NCBI RefSeq assembly: GCF_000150275.1
Contig: NW_002060947.1
Span: 5,964,286 to 6,028,285, forward strand
Direction: 5' to 3'
DNA length: 64,000 nt
From: Trichoplax adhaerens
Lineage: Eukaryota; Animalia; Placozoa
Shown: in pieces, positions 40,701 through 55,000 of the stretch
How positions within the stretch are numbered: position 1 is the stretch's first letter
How the letters are laid out: each line of letters starts with the position of its first letter
The notes under the pieces: generated by a model
Told to the model about the DNA's origin: nothing
Seen by the model: the letters and a program-made list of their open reading frames with translations, nothing else
Databases searched by the model: none
Position numbers and translations under genes: made by a program

Positions 40701-43365
40701 TTATAGTATATGCACCGAGCTATCATAGCTAGTCTATATATGCAGTTTGGGTTTGAGTAATGGGACAACTCTAATACAATTATGTAGTTTATAAGAATAA
40801 TATAAATGTCCATGGAGTCAAGATTTACTTTAGATCAGTAGTTGTTATGAACTAAATATTATAGACAAATAAAATGAAAGCATTGAACTTCGAAGTATCT
40901 TCTTGGTCACCAATTCATTAATAGCTTTCAAATAATTATCCAATTAAAATACTAGTTTTGAGTCGGAGCTCACTCGCTATGCTCACAGTCAATTAATTTT
41001 AAAGTTCAAATAATAATAAATCGCTTAGTTGCACTTAGTAGAATAATATTATATTTTAGTAATCATGTTCATCAGTATATTGGATTTGAATATTAATTTA
41101 CTTGATATGGACGTTAAATTTCATACATAATCAATTTTTCACTTATAGGGCACTATGTTTTAAACGTTCTTAATGCAGTGGTATTATTATAGAATGTTCT
41201 ATTAACTTTTACATACTATAAACTACTTAGAAGCAAGTTGCAAATCGGCAAGACTTTACAACAATAATAAATTGCAGAGCAACCAAATCAAATTTTTCAC
41301 TAAAAGAACGGCATGTTATTACACTAATTATGATTTAGAGCGACCCTATATCGCTCTTATGTAATTTATTTTGGCTTAAAAATTTTAAATGATAATACCA
41401 TATATTCATGATCAGGGAACGCATCTGATCTTAAATCTACTATGGAATGCAAGCCCACTACAGTTGGCGTTATCTGATAGTCTTATCCATTTATTCATTA
41501 TGTTAATTTCAATTAGGATATACTATTAGTAAATTTAAGGCTACTATTTTTGGCTAGTTTACATTCCCCATGTTCTATTTTTATAATCTATAAAAAAATA
41601 GCAGCAAAATTGACCTAAAGGCCGTAGTCCGATACTTTATTAGGATTAAAGGTAAGGATTAGATATTCTTTTGACTACCATATTGATATTTATTCCACGT
41701 TTAACCTATATTAAATGGATGATGTTAAGGGTATAATAATATAGCCTGTATAATGACGAATACAAAGTGTACAAAATTTTCATGCACTCTATAATATTTA
41801 ACTGGCGAAAGAACAGACCAAAGGAAAAGTAAGAGAAATAAAAGCTGATTTTTCTTTTCCTTTTTCGGTTTTCAGTGTTCTTTTACTTGGTGCTGTTTGA
41901 GGCTTTTCAATTTATGATCTGCTAGATCTATTTTTAAAGATTTCTACCTACTAAATCTTTTACAGTCTCATATTTAAAAGCCACCAGCAATTTACGAACT
42001 TTTATGCTGCTTGCCAGGTAGTGCTACTACAGTAAACTGCTATTCATCCAACCCGGAATCATGCCTGTTGATTGGTCTTGAAAAAAGCTGATCACAGTGT
42101 TAATTACAATAATGCTAATTCCACAGCTATTGAAATCGAGACATCTATTCCTTATCATTATCAGTATCCTATGTTGTCCATGTCGTTATCATTATGAATT
42201 TTACTAGACCTCAAATATATTCATCAATTAGTTATGTTACCCGTACATGAATATGAGTGCGTATAATCTGCAAGAACGTTTTAAAAATAATTCAGCCTCA
42301 ATTATATTATTGCAATTGAAAGACCATTAGCTATTCTAATACTTAGGTATTTATTTAAACGAAGGCAAGTCTATCTAAAATGGTTATTTAACAATAATAA
42401 TCCAAATCCAACTTTAGTTATAAAACGATTGGGTAGGGATTCAATACTTGGTGCAAAATTTTCTCGTGAGATGCTTTCAGACAAACTCTACTTGTTAGAC
42501 AACTTCAGATAAATCCATTTATTGTAAATTACTTATCGTTAGCAATTTTAACATTTAGGTATTTATTTAAACAATTGCAATTCTATCTGAAGTGACAATA
42601 AAAAGCATTTGAATGCTATTGAAAAAGTGATAACTTTAAGAAGGCTAGAATAGGTTAAACTAAATTTTAATCAGGATTGAATATACGACAGCATACATGA
42701 TGTTAACAAGAATTAATTAAAACGAGATTAAAAAATTTTCAGTATATAAAATAAAGATACGCTGAAATAGATAAGTTTCTGTTAAATTGTTATAGCTATG
42801 GATTAAAAATCTATGAAATCATAGAATATATAGGATGCATAGAGCTAAATAGCAATTTATAGGAATTCTTTATAGGTCACAGTAAAACCTCCACCATTCA
42901 TGTTGTAGTCTAATGAGGCACCGTTTATACCATATATATCCTAGACCTAACCAATAAAAGTAAAATAGAACTCATGCTTGTTAATATCCCAACTTTTACA
43001 AGAAAACTATCCATGTCTATTAGCTACAATGAAACCCATCGAATGGAGTAAGCAAATGAATCCTGAGCTAACGCATTAATATAATCATTAGCGAAATTAC
43101 CCTAGTATTAGAATTAAATACATGATTCTTAAATTCGCCACCCACGGTTACCGATACAATATAGGGAACTGTTATACCGTAAACCAAAATATTGCTTACA
43201 GTTGGTTCAATGGCATAATCATTCTTCACCATGTTGACAGTTAAAGTATCCTATAAAAATAGAAGAAGAATCCAGATTAAGAGTTAATACCTTCATATTG
43301 GCAATATTGATTATGTCAATATCGTCTCATCGTAGGCATGTCTAGATAAACGATTATAATTCTAA

Positions 43366-43461
43366 TCCATTTTAAATTTATATCTATACGTATAAAATCG
43401 CAAATCTTCTCCATTTTAAATTTATATCTATACGTATAGAATCGCAAATCTTCTCCATTTT
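43366..43461. repeat. ~44-bp direct tandem duplication in intron 19 of gene D
   Basis: TCCATTTTAAATTTATATCTATACGTATA(A/G)AATCGCAAATCTTC occurs twice, followed by TCCATTTT. Confidence 0.9.
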
Positions 43462-45264
43462 CTATCTAAATAGCATCGCAGAGCATAACATTGACAGGCT
43501 TTCGGTTGCTTTGTTCATGTGATTGTCTACAATACTTTCAACCTTGAGCATTAGCCTATTTGCAACAGTATATCATAAAATACCTTAGTAGCCTTCATAG
43601 TCATGTAGGTATATTGATTATTCTTAATAGTATCTAGAAAAATAAGAGCTTAGTAAATAAACAACAAATAATATCACCAGATGATCTTCAAGACAATGCT
43701 AATGCCGACATGGGCAAAGATTTATTTTAATAAGCAGAAATAAAATGCATGATTAATACCGAGACTTAGAATTTGTAAGAGTGTCATTGATACTAGAGAT
43801 CTAGACTATACTTTCTACTTTAAAGTAATTAAAAAATTCTTGATATTGTATTTTGGAAAGAATAAAAGCTTGAAATCGCACGATATATAGCTACAAAATA
43901 AACTGGTTATCCGATCATCAATACTTTTAAAACACTTGCTAGACGTTGCAGCTAGTACGATGCCGAAATAGAAGTACTAATAACGTCTTCTATCAAGGTA
44001 TAAATTTACTTGGCATCGACGATTGATATAAAGCAATAGTTTATGGGGAAAATGCCAAAATCAGTATTTTATAAAGTAATGTGTTCTTAATGCTATTGGA
44101 ATATTAATAAAAGATTTATTTAGTTACAGATTATCAATTTTAAAGTTATATCGATGATCACCAAATATTTATCATTGATTATATTAATTATAACGGCAGT
44201 AATTCATTATTCTTAAGATTACCTATGCTCTCCCCATCATCCCAAAAGAAGGACCCTTCTGCATAGTTGTTAGCACTGATAGCAATAATAATAGTAAATT
44301 TATTTTTTCGTCTGAAATGTAGAATAATATTACGTTAGAATAGTGTCAAATCGCATTTTAATCTTAATTTTTACTCATAGATACCATAAAGTACCTCAGA
44401 AGATTATTTTACGAGCATACGAACATGATAATCATATACGAGTTAGGACCAAGATTACGATTAAACCATAAGGAATCATACATAATAAGATAATCTAGCT
44501 GTTAATTTTCTTTTAATATATTGCTTCGTGCAAAATATGTTTCCGTTCATTTGAACGGGTAACTGATTAGCAAGTCTATTATTATTAATATAAAGGTAAA
44601 CTGATAAAATTAGGTCAAAAATTAATTTCATTCATACGTAGTCTTAGCGACATGAGGTATCGTAGGCAGATACATTTCCTATCTACGTTACAACTAAGAT
44701 GATAAAATATGTTTAAAGTAACAGCGATGTTTGCAAATACAGAGGGATGAAATATAGCCACCAAACCAAAATAATCATGTAACTGATTCTATGCCACTAT
44801 TGAATGCTATCTTCAAAGTTTAATAGAGCATTAAAAATAAATTTAGGATAGTTTACTTGGCTAGGACTACGATGACAACTAAATGACCTAGTAGAAGACC
44901 TTGATGATATGAACTTACGAGTAAACTGTAGTATTAGCCGGTTCTTGTACGACCATGATGCTTCCCCCACGCATATGAAGAGGAATATAATCTGCAGGAG
45001 CATTCAACGAAACATTACCTTTAGTTTTTAATTCTACACCCTATTGAAATCAGATTAATGCATGGAAAGTAGATATGACTAGCTCAAAGCTTAACATCTA
45101 TTTATCATGTAAGTAGCATAAGTTCTCTATTTTTTTATACTATCCCTCTTTAATATCATAAGGCAACCGTAGTAATGATATACTTACGGTATAATAGTCG
45201 AACCAACGCCCACTTGGAAAATAACCATAGACACTATTTGCATTCTATTTAATTGGAGAATGAT

Positions 45265-45640
45265 GTTTAATTGATTCGTCAATTAATATCAACATTTAGC
45301 TTCTGACATGTAAGAATCGTCAAAGAGTGGAATTATGATGGAATAATAAGAGGAGGATGATATTTAATTGATTCATCAATTAATATCAAACATTTAGTTC
45401 TCAACATTTAAGACTGATGAAAGAGTAAAACCATGGTAGAATATTTGATAGCAGAATGCTATCATTAAATTGCTTCATCAATTAATATTCAACATTTAGT
45501 TCTTAACGTTTAGATTGGATAAAAGTGGGACTATGGTTGAGTATTTAATATGCGAATAATGTTATTCAATTGATTCATCAATTAATATCTAACATTTAGG
45601 TTCTTAAGATTTACGATTGGTCAAAGAGTGAAGTTATGAA
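45265..45640. repeat. Degenerate ~100-bp minisatellite, 4 copies, intron 15 of gene D
   Basis: AATTG.TTC.TCAATTAATAT..AACATTTAG at ~45269, 45366, 45468 and 45568. Confidence 0.85.
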
Positions 45641-46056
45641 TAAAAATTGAAATTGAAATATAGGCAATTTTATCTTCAAATTCGAATTCATTAGACAATA
45701 GTTCATTATTTATAGCAAGAAAACAAGTTTGTAACTTACATCTTCCAAAATCGGAGTAATCAACAGTGCAGATCCCCACATAAATTGTTTATAAATGGAA
45801 CACGTGATTAAATCTGTTGGAAACTCCATCATTAACGAGCGCATAACGGTCTTTCCTTCTGTAGCTGCTTCATAAAATAAGGTATACAGATAAGGTAGCA
45901 ATCTATAACGTATGAGCAGAACTTTCCTAGCATTTACTGCATTTTGAGTATCAAATGCTGTTGAATGTTGAGGCTACAAAGGAAAATAAAGTAATTTTAT
46001 ACCATTAGAATTTTTCTTCTTCTATCCTAAAATATCAAACATTGATCTTTGTCTTA

Positions 46057-46257
<201 letters not shown>

Positions 46258-47169
46258 TTATGATTTACAATAGCATTGCAAATTACTGTACTACGCTTAA
46301 ATCTGAAAATTTACAAATTTCAAACATACAAATGGTATGCCAAATAGGTTAAACTCCAAGGAACCTGTTCAAAAGCGAACAAATGGTAGGAATTTATAAA
46401 GCCAATTATGATTAAAATTAGCTGAAAAAATTGTATCGATTTTATTCTATAATCAGGCTGTAGCCATTTGTGAATATTGATATCTCCTTTGAAGCAATGT
46501 AGAGTATATCCTAATAAAATGTTAACCGATAATAGAATAAGCCATGGATGGCCATTCAGATAGATTGTCGCCAAGCCAATGGCCACCATATTTACCACTA
46601 CCAGCAAAAGTCGAGCGACTAATCATGATACTTCGCTTTCCCGTCGCTGTATTGCAACCCCTAAGAAATTATTCGCAAGTTCTGCTCATAAGTAGGTATC
46701 GTAAGATTAAAACTATTTATATCAGCACTTGAATATACCATGAATGCTAATTAGTTTGATTTAAAGATATAATATAGACGCAAATACTACAAAATGCCAT
46801 AAAATTGCAAAGTTATCGACGGCAGAAGAGATTCAATCTCAATTATAATAATACATTGAAAAATTGACTTAACACATATAATTAAATAGGATATACTATG
46901 ATAATACCAGCTATGAAAATAAAATATAAAATTAAACTCTATTCAACTCTCTTTACTGTATTTGCAGCTTACTGTAAAGATGGCTCTATTTCACTATATC
47001 CATATAAACTGTGGGTGTTATAATGACTTCCCCAAGCCTGCTTGCCATCCATACAGATAGTTTGATTAAACAAAGTCTTTCCAATGATTGCCTCTACAAG
47101 CAGTTTTTAATTACTCAATTGCGTAATTAAATCAATACCTGTTTATATTTATATCTATAGAACTTAAAA

Positions 47170-47735
47170 GCAATATCTGAGGATAAAATAAATTAAAGTC
47201 TAAAAATTTAAACCACGTTGCCGTACAATTGGATCGATATCTGCTAAACGCGTATTAATATATTACATGTACAGGTAATATCTGACGATAAAGTATTTAT
47301 AATTACTAAAGTCTAAAAATTTAAATAAGACTGTTTTACAATTAGATCAATACCGGCTGTATTAAATTAATATGTAAAATCTACAGGCAATATCTGACGA
47401 TAAAATAATAACAATTACTAAAGTTTAAAAGTTTAGATTGTAAAGTCGTACAATTAGATCAATACCTACCATATTAATATATAGAATGTACTGGCAATAT
47501 CTGACCATAAAATAATTGCAATAACTAAAGTCTAAAAATTTAAACTATATTGCCGCATAATTTAATCCATACCTCCTATATTAATACGTTAAATGTGCAG
47601 GCAATATCTGACCATAAAATAATTATTACAGTCTAAAAATTTAAGCCATACTACCGTGCAGTTATATCAATGCCTGCTATGTTGATGTACAGGCATTATC
47701 CGATGATGAAATAAATCAATGTCTAAAAATTAAAA
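47170..47735. repeat. Degenerate ~105-120-bp minisatellite, about 6 copies, intron 10 of gene D
   Basis: GGCAATATCTGAC.ATAAAATAA...AAAGTCTAAAAATTTAAA recurs at ~47170, 47275, 47386, 47493, 47600 and 47691. Confidence 0.9.
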
Positions 47736-49360
47736 CTCCTAATCATTGCCACTAAACTATGACTCAAATTTTAAGATTTTACACAAATTAATTTCTTCAT
47801 TACTTGGTTTATATGGAGGATAGTTGTATTGATTGTTAATACAACCGACAATCAATCCAGGGACAAAGTTTGCCGGTTCATTCATGTCCTAACATCATGG
47901 GATAACAGTTATTTAGATTATTTGTCTCATGAAATTTTGTCTCTGATCACTACATCGAAAGCCAAAGGGCCTTACACCCGCTCAAACGATCCAATACAGC
48001 AGTTAATAGAATAGTTTAATTTTAAGATTTAATGTAGCTACATTAAATACCAATCCTTATCCTATAAAGAGAAATTTTCATCTTATCTGCTCAAAAATTG
48101 CCATCTAATACTAGAAATGATTTATACATTATTTTTTAAGACAATGGAACTTCTCAAACGCAGCAATCGATAGCAACTTACGAGCCATAGACCATCAAAT
48201 GGAATGGTTCTACGGAAATCAACAATCATATTTCTCCACCAAGTTTTTGTCGAGTCACTAGTAAAATCCGGAAACACGCTAGTTCCACGAGGCCATACCT
48301 ACAAGCGAAAATAAGCGGCATATATGTGTCTTTAGTACATATAGAATTGACTAATTTATCGTAGCTTATAGGGTGTCCTTTTTAGAAGCAGGCTTCTTAA
48401 TATCTTACTGGATATTTTGCTAAAAACTGGATTCCAGATTCGAATAATAATCATAATATTACCTTGCCAACAATCATTCTATCATCGCTATGACGAATAA
48501 AGATATTTCTTTGCATTCCTTCATCGTAGGGAGGATATGTGCCATTAGTTTCATTATTGCCGATCTGTGCATCCTAGTTGATGCAATAGAACAAGTGTCG
48601 AGCAATCGTAATTAATAGATGTTGTAAATAATTTAGCTGCTAGAAATACGAGTATAGAATATACTCGAGATTAATGCCATCATTACAAGTTTAATAATAT
48701 ATTTTTGGCCACGATTATGAAGATCGTCGATAAATTCGGGTAAACCACCGTAATTGACTGAATCATAGGTAAAACTTAGATGGTACTTGGTAAAGTCAAG
48801 ATCATTAAATTGGACGTCCTAAAAATAACTGAAATTCTATTTTCAGCCATCATCATTAAACTATCAGATCAAAATCATGCTGACAAACCTATTGGCGTTA
48901 AATACTTAATAGCATCAATAATATATATGCCGCTTATTTACCATTGGAATATCAGCTGTTCTCATTTCTTCCAGAACTTGCTGAACATGATCCAAATTTT
49001 GGTATCCCCAACGACTTAGTTGGAAACCCAAGGATTAATAAGGTGGCAAATAAGGTAATCCAATAGCCTTCAATATCAAGCCAATGGGGTTATTAGTAAA
49101 TTATTGGTACATAAGTATTGTAGGAAGCAGACTGGCGAGTTTCAAACAGCTGATTATGATTATAGGCCTAGCCTAGCTAGTCAAAATTTAATTAAACGAT
49201 TCATTAACTATGTTATAAGATTTTTAGTTTGGTCTAATACAATAATTAACTCAGCAGAAATTTAAAGCCAAGATATTTACATTTAATGTGATATTACAAT
49301 ATATTTGTCGTAGTTGCAGTTAGTAAAGCTCTAAGCCACTATGTTTACGTACAAGATCTA

Positions 49361-49513
<153 letters not shown>

Positions 49514-51467
49514 TCAATCGAGTTTGATGGTATAAATATCATTGTATCCAATTATATTGTTATAATCTTGTAGCTTTTAGACATACCCATAGCATTGCTA
49601 TTGGCTAAGAGAACAACGTTAGAGTTACCAGCATTATCTTCGATGTTTAAGTACATAGGATGTGTACTATACAAATTTTTATCAGGCTGATTAAAACAAG
49701 GATAATTTCATATCAGTATAGACTTTAAAAGTTAAAGAAATTCTAAGATGGCACAAAATCCTAATGCTTCAGCCAATATACTATACGCTATATACATAAG
49801 TAACTATATACTATTACTCCTAAAGTTTCAAATAAGTCTACTTAAACCGAGTTAAGGATAAAACAATTATTTCAAAAATTTGTTTAGCCGTTGTAAAAGT
49901 TGATCGTATACGAAATCGCAACGGCAACAAATTATTGACTATTCAAGGCTATAATACTTTGTTGTAATCCACGAAAAATATTAATACTATCAATTATAGC
50001 GGATCATGGAAAGCAGCAAGAACTTGTCTTATAACCGTAATTTAGCAGTGTGAGCTTAATTCTACTGTTCATAACTATGAAACATCAATGCAGTAATTAC
50101 AAGTGTATAATATCTAAAGCAATTTATTATCACAACTAGCTTTACCGGCCACTACCCGATTTTTATTTATTTTTTATAATATATTCTTAATATAGTAGTA
50201 ATCATTGCCAAAAAGTCAATAACACATTTTCTAGTCAGAAAGCAATAGCTGTAGCTTGATTCTAAATCTCTAAACTATTATCTGTCGGTCTAATATTAAG
50301 TAGATAACTAAATATTTCAGCTTTAAACTATAACAGCTGCCGAGATGAGTGTAAACTTTCTGCTACTAGTTACTAAACACTTTATAAAAGCGAAGAGATA
50401 GAAGTAAAAGTCAATCACTCTGATTTATAGCTATCAAGTCTATTGCAATATCTACTGTAGAGAGTAAACTTAATAAACTATTCAATATACCCCAAGAAAT
50501 TCGTCTCTAGCAAACATTCCCCAACGTTTCCAGTCCCAGTTTTTATGGACGAAGGACCGATGTTCATGTTCACCTAAGCCATAGAAATACTTGGATGGCA
50601 ATTTGGAAGAAATCTCCAAAAATTGATCTTCATAGATGAAGCCAGATACGCTGGAATCAAAACTATATCCAAATAAGAGATGTAAACATTAACAGCAATT
50701 AATTTTAAACGTTCTAGCTAACTCAATTTCTTGAAATGAAATTCCATTTCTAGTGTATCACAGAACTTACATGATAGTATTTGTCGATCGCCTTTTAACA
50801 ACTATAGCAAAAGGATCCGTTTTTACTTCAACATCGTATAGACGATTTGCAGCTGTTTGATCATTTGCATTCATAGTAGGAAATTTGATTGGCACTTCAT
50901 AGCGGGCTGTAGCGTTGTCCGTAAACTATAAATACGTAATGGACGTGTCAGTATTTCAGGTTAAACATGACAATAAATATTTCTCTAACTTAGCTCCACT
51001 CATTCTAGGTATCGATACTGTAATTAAACATTCAAACAGAATAAACGCTAATTCATGACATGGTGTTTAAAATATTACCCAATTTATAACTAGTAACCTC
51101 AGAATATTATTACTAATAACCGTAATAGCTGAAACGAATTTGGAATCCCTTAGCTATGTCGTAATCTCAGTACTACCGTAAATAGTGACAAGATACGCAA
51201 GTTATACTAATCTATTCGATCATATTAGATTGTTGTAGTTATAATGGTATAATTGTTAATTCGAGATTACTTTGTATAATTATTGGCTCAGAAAACTTGA
51301 CCTAGCATCATAATTACTTTAGCAATGTTGAATCGATGCAGGCACTAAAGAAAATTCTTGGATAATAACGATCTTAACTTAATAAACGATAAATGCTTAG
51401 GAATAACGAATAATTCGTTATCAATGACGAATTTTTAGCTAATTGATATCAATTTCCTTTAGCAGAT

Positions 51468-52073
51468 TGTTACGGAGCAAAGCACCGTACATGTTAACTT
51501 AATTAAGTAGATTTCATTACGTAGCTATACGCGGTAAACAGTGATTATAAATATTAATCGTGCATAGTTTTGTTAGACTACCTAGATGTACTGTAAGCGT
51601 GTTCTGAAATCTATTAGTATAATCTTTATAGATACTAATATTGGCATGGCCTTAGCACCCGCCGCGAAGTGCGAGTAGCTTACTGAGCATCGCTCGTTTA
51701 ATTGGCTATTTATTAGTTATTGCCAATTAAAGTTTTTTACTAATTGTATCTATAGTAAACTATATAGTTTATTGAGGGTTGTTTTCTTATAAGAACCCTG
51801 TAAATGTTATGTTGCTTAATTACTATGTGTGCACCTCAAGTTTGGCGGTAGAGTATAAAAGGAGGATCAAATGCTCAGCTCCTCAGTTCGTTCGTGATTA
51901 GAAAGCATTTCGGCTACTCTACCAATAAAACTATACTAAATTCTTAGAACAGTCTTACCCCTGTGTGACTGTAAGTAAAACAGGACTACCACACAGTAGA
52001 CCTAAGTGTAGTGGAGATAGGAATAAGTAATCTATTATTTTAGGGTAGTAGTTCGCAAAACAAGTTTATTACA
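51468..52073 (+). mobile_element. Solo LTR (606 bp) of an LTR retrotransposon, inserted antisense in intron 1 of gene D
   Basis: Starts TGTTAC and ends ATTACA (TGT...ACA termini). Flanked by the exact 5-bp direct repeat CAGAT (51463-51467 and 52074-52078). Internal TATAAAAGG (51854-51862) is followed by AATAAA (51924-51929). Locally more GC/CpG-rich than flanks, and similarity to B's intron 1 resumes just after it. Confidence 0.75.
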
Positions 52074-55000
52074 CAGATAAATAATTACAATCATTTGATT
52101 TATAATACCACTACCATATTTGTATTTGTTTTATAAATAATAGGAACCATTACAAGGGAGGAGTTTTGCTATATGATAATGGTAATCAATTTAGCGATAG
52201 CGATGATAATCAACGTAGTTGTGATCATGATAATCAATTTAAAAATAATGATGTAATCAACATAGCCTTGATAATGACAATTGATTTAATCATGAAGATG
52301 ATAATTGGCTTTGAAAACTTCGATTGTAGCCATCATTAGAAAGAAAGTTATTTTTATCTAATGTTTGTTCGTTATTTCATATTCAACATTACCGTTCATC
52401 TCCTTAATCGCCAGCAATGATGGACGGTTGGTAGAAAAAGAACGTGGTATGTTTTCTTTTCCTGATAGGTATTAACTTAACTATTCTATTTTCCTGTATC
52501 ACATTTAACTACTTTCTACTTGAGCTAATTATAAACATATTCTGATATTTCCGACTCTAATTCTGTCATGAGTATAAAAATTCAAAGTGAGATATACTTC
52601 TTCCTCAATTTCAATTATTTACTATTTTATTCTTAACTACATCGAGTGATAGATATTCTTTGCTGTAAGTTAATCTAATTTTTTAACTGGATAGGAATAA
52701 GAACTACTAAATGCTACAACTAGTGAAATAAAAAATAAGAAATTTCATTCATGAAATCAATACTGTTGGCACTTTTAATCGTAATTTCATCATGTATCAA
52801 TTAATCCGTCTTTAGCCACGATTAAAGGAGGAAATGGATGATTATTAAATCATTTATCATTAGATAGTCTTTGTTCTATCTGTCACTTACTATCGTCCCT
52901 CATTATAATACTCGATCATCTTATAACATAGAGTAAATCCATTCGAAGCTCATAAAGCTCTATTTTACATCACAATATAACCTATTTCTCTATGTAATTA
53001 TTTCACCTATTTTTTACGAAAGACAGCAATTTTAATGTCCTAAATTCTGTTCGTGGACAACCTACACGCCATCATATCGTTTGCGGTACTTGGTAGAGAT
53101 AAATCTGGATCATAGTCAACACAGATTAATTTACCCGTATTATTTGCCGATAAATTAATGTTATGCAAATTCGGCTTTTATTAAAGTTACCAGCCCCTAA
53201 CCCATTTTATTTTTATATTATAACATAGTCCTAAATCGTATAATACAGTTTTAAGCAAGCGTGTGTGTATTATAATAGCTTAAGTTTGCTACTCTATTAT
53301 AATTTCAAATATGGAACGGAACTCTCTTTTGATATTCCCTTCTATTTCTTTCATCTTTCTATATTATTAAATATTACAATTTACTCTTTACTATTAAGGA
53401 TGTTACTCTTACCTCATTAAATGAAAGGTGAGCTAGTAAATGGATACAAATTAGCATTTTAGTCTAGATATAAATTGAATTAATAGGCTGTAGCTATTGC
53501 AAATTCAAATAAAATATTAAACTGAGGAGAAATGCGTGTAATCATAACTTTATCATGGAATGTTTCTTAGATAGGCCATTAGTCATATTAAGTAATTAAT
53601 ATTACAGGTTACTGATTCTAGTTTTATTTGATCTAATATTCAGTTTGGCCATAACGGCTGGTTTTCTAACAGCTCCATTTAGATATTTTTTTGGAAAAGT
53701 GAGTTCATACAGGGTAAACTGTGGTAGAAACGCATAAAAAAATTAGAAATGATTTTAACTGCATGTTAGTCTACTTATCAACTACAACAACATGAACGCT
53801 CAGAATTAATCCTTTCTAGTCCAGAAATTCCTATTCAATCCTAATTGTTCCGCTACAAAATGTATAATAAAATCAATCATCTTTCACCTTTCCGTCAGGA
53901 ATGTGTCGTAAGATTTTGAATTATTATAAGTCAGCGATAAGTAAACGCAATTTTTTGGCGCTAAAAGTGAGGCTGTTGAGAATCTTAATAGCAGTAAAAC
54001 AGAATTAAAATCATCCTATTCTAAAATCAAGATCTAGACATCTAACTCTTTCTAGTTTGTCATGAGAGCAACGATGTAGCTCCATTCAAGCAAAATATTA
54101 TCACTTAGTACTTTAGTCCACTAGGAGTAGAGTCTTGTAGACTACAGAATGAAAGATGTTTAAAAATAGGTTCAAGGATAAAACGCTATTCTAATATTGA
54201 AACATGTTGCCATTAATCTCACGAATTTTCCAATTGCCATCAAAATAATTTTTATCACGAAATCGATCTGAAGTTGAAATAAACGAATATAGGAAGGGCA
54301 CTTTATTTCGGTTAGTCACTCAGTAGGATAGACAGTCGAGGGAGTAGAAAATTGAATCAGTACCTCTATATTCAATTTTCAAACTGACATATATTGCAAC
54401 AAAATTCGAATAGAAAACATCTTAGGCTGAAATAAATGATTGCCCAGGAATTCTTCAACGTATAAAATAAAATGGATACAGGACTTAAAATTGTTCATTT
54501 CCAGTCCATTTGGACAACTATCGTATAGAGTATGACTTGAATCTGTAGTTCAATTTTACTAATGGATGTAAAGGACATACGCGTATTTCCAGCTCGAAAG
54601 TGCTCATGCTATTAGTGCAAAAATGCTTACCTTGATACGCAATCGATTGCTAGCTTGAAATTGAATATCTAATTTGATCGTATTGCTTGGCGATCCATAA
54701 TGGGTAGGCAAGACTGGATTGCGCTCTAAGATATATTTCTTACCATAAGGTACGGCTTGTTCTGTTGCTGTATAGGATCGGTATTGAGGAGGATAAAAGC
54801 AACTTGGAGCTCTAGCGACATTGATAGGAATCCAACTACATCCTCGAGCTTGACAGACACCTTTGGATTGCTTATCCGTATCTGGAAAGCAATCAAAACG
54901 CTGTAAAGCCTGAACACTTGGACGTGTTGGGGAATTACTGACAATTAAAGTTGTTGGAGTAGGCGATGTGAGGCCTTGTGTAGTCGCTATGGTTGCTGGC

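Noticed and set aside
38200-42400. Long intergenic region between D and C searched for hidden genes, RNA genes or transposons
   Set aside because: No convincing ORF, tRNA/rRNA fold, terminal repeats or target-site duplication recognised by eye.
49035-49037. Idea that D's TAA (Trp position) and TAG stops are repaired by A-to-I editing or readthrough
   Set aside because: It would need double editing of one codon plus rescue of a second stop at a Leu position; no supporting dsRNA structure was seen, and other decay signs make pseudogenisation simpler.
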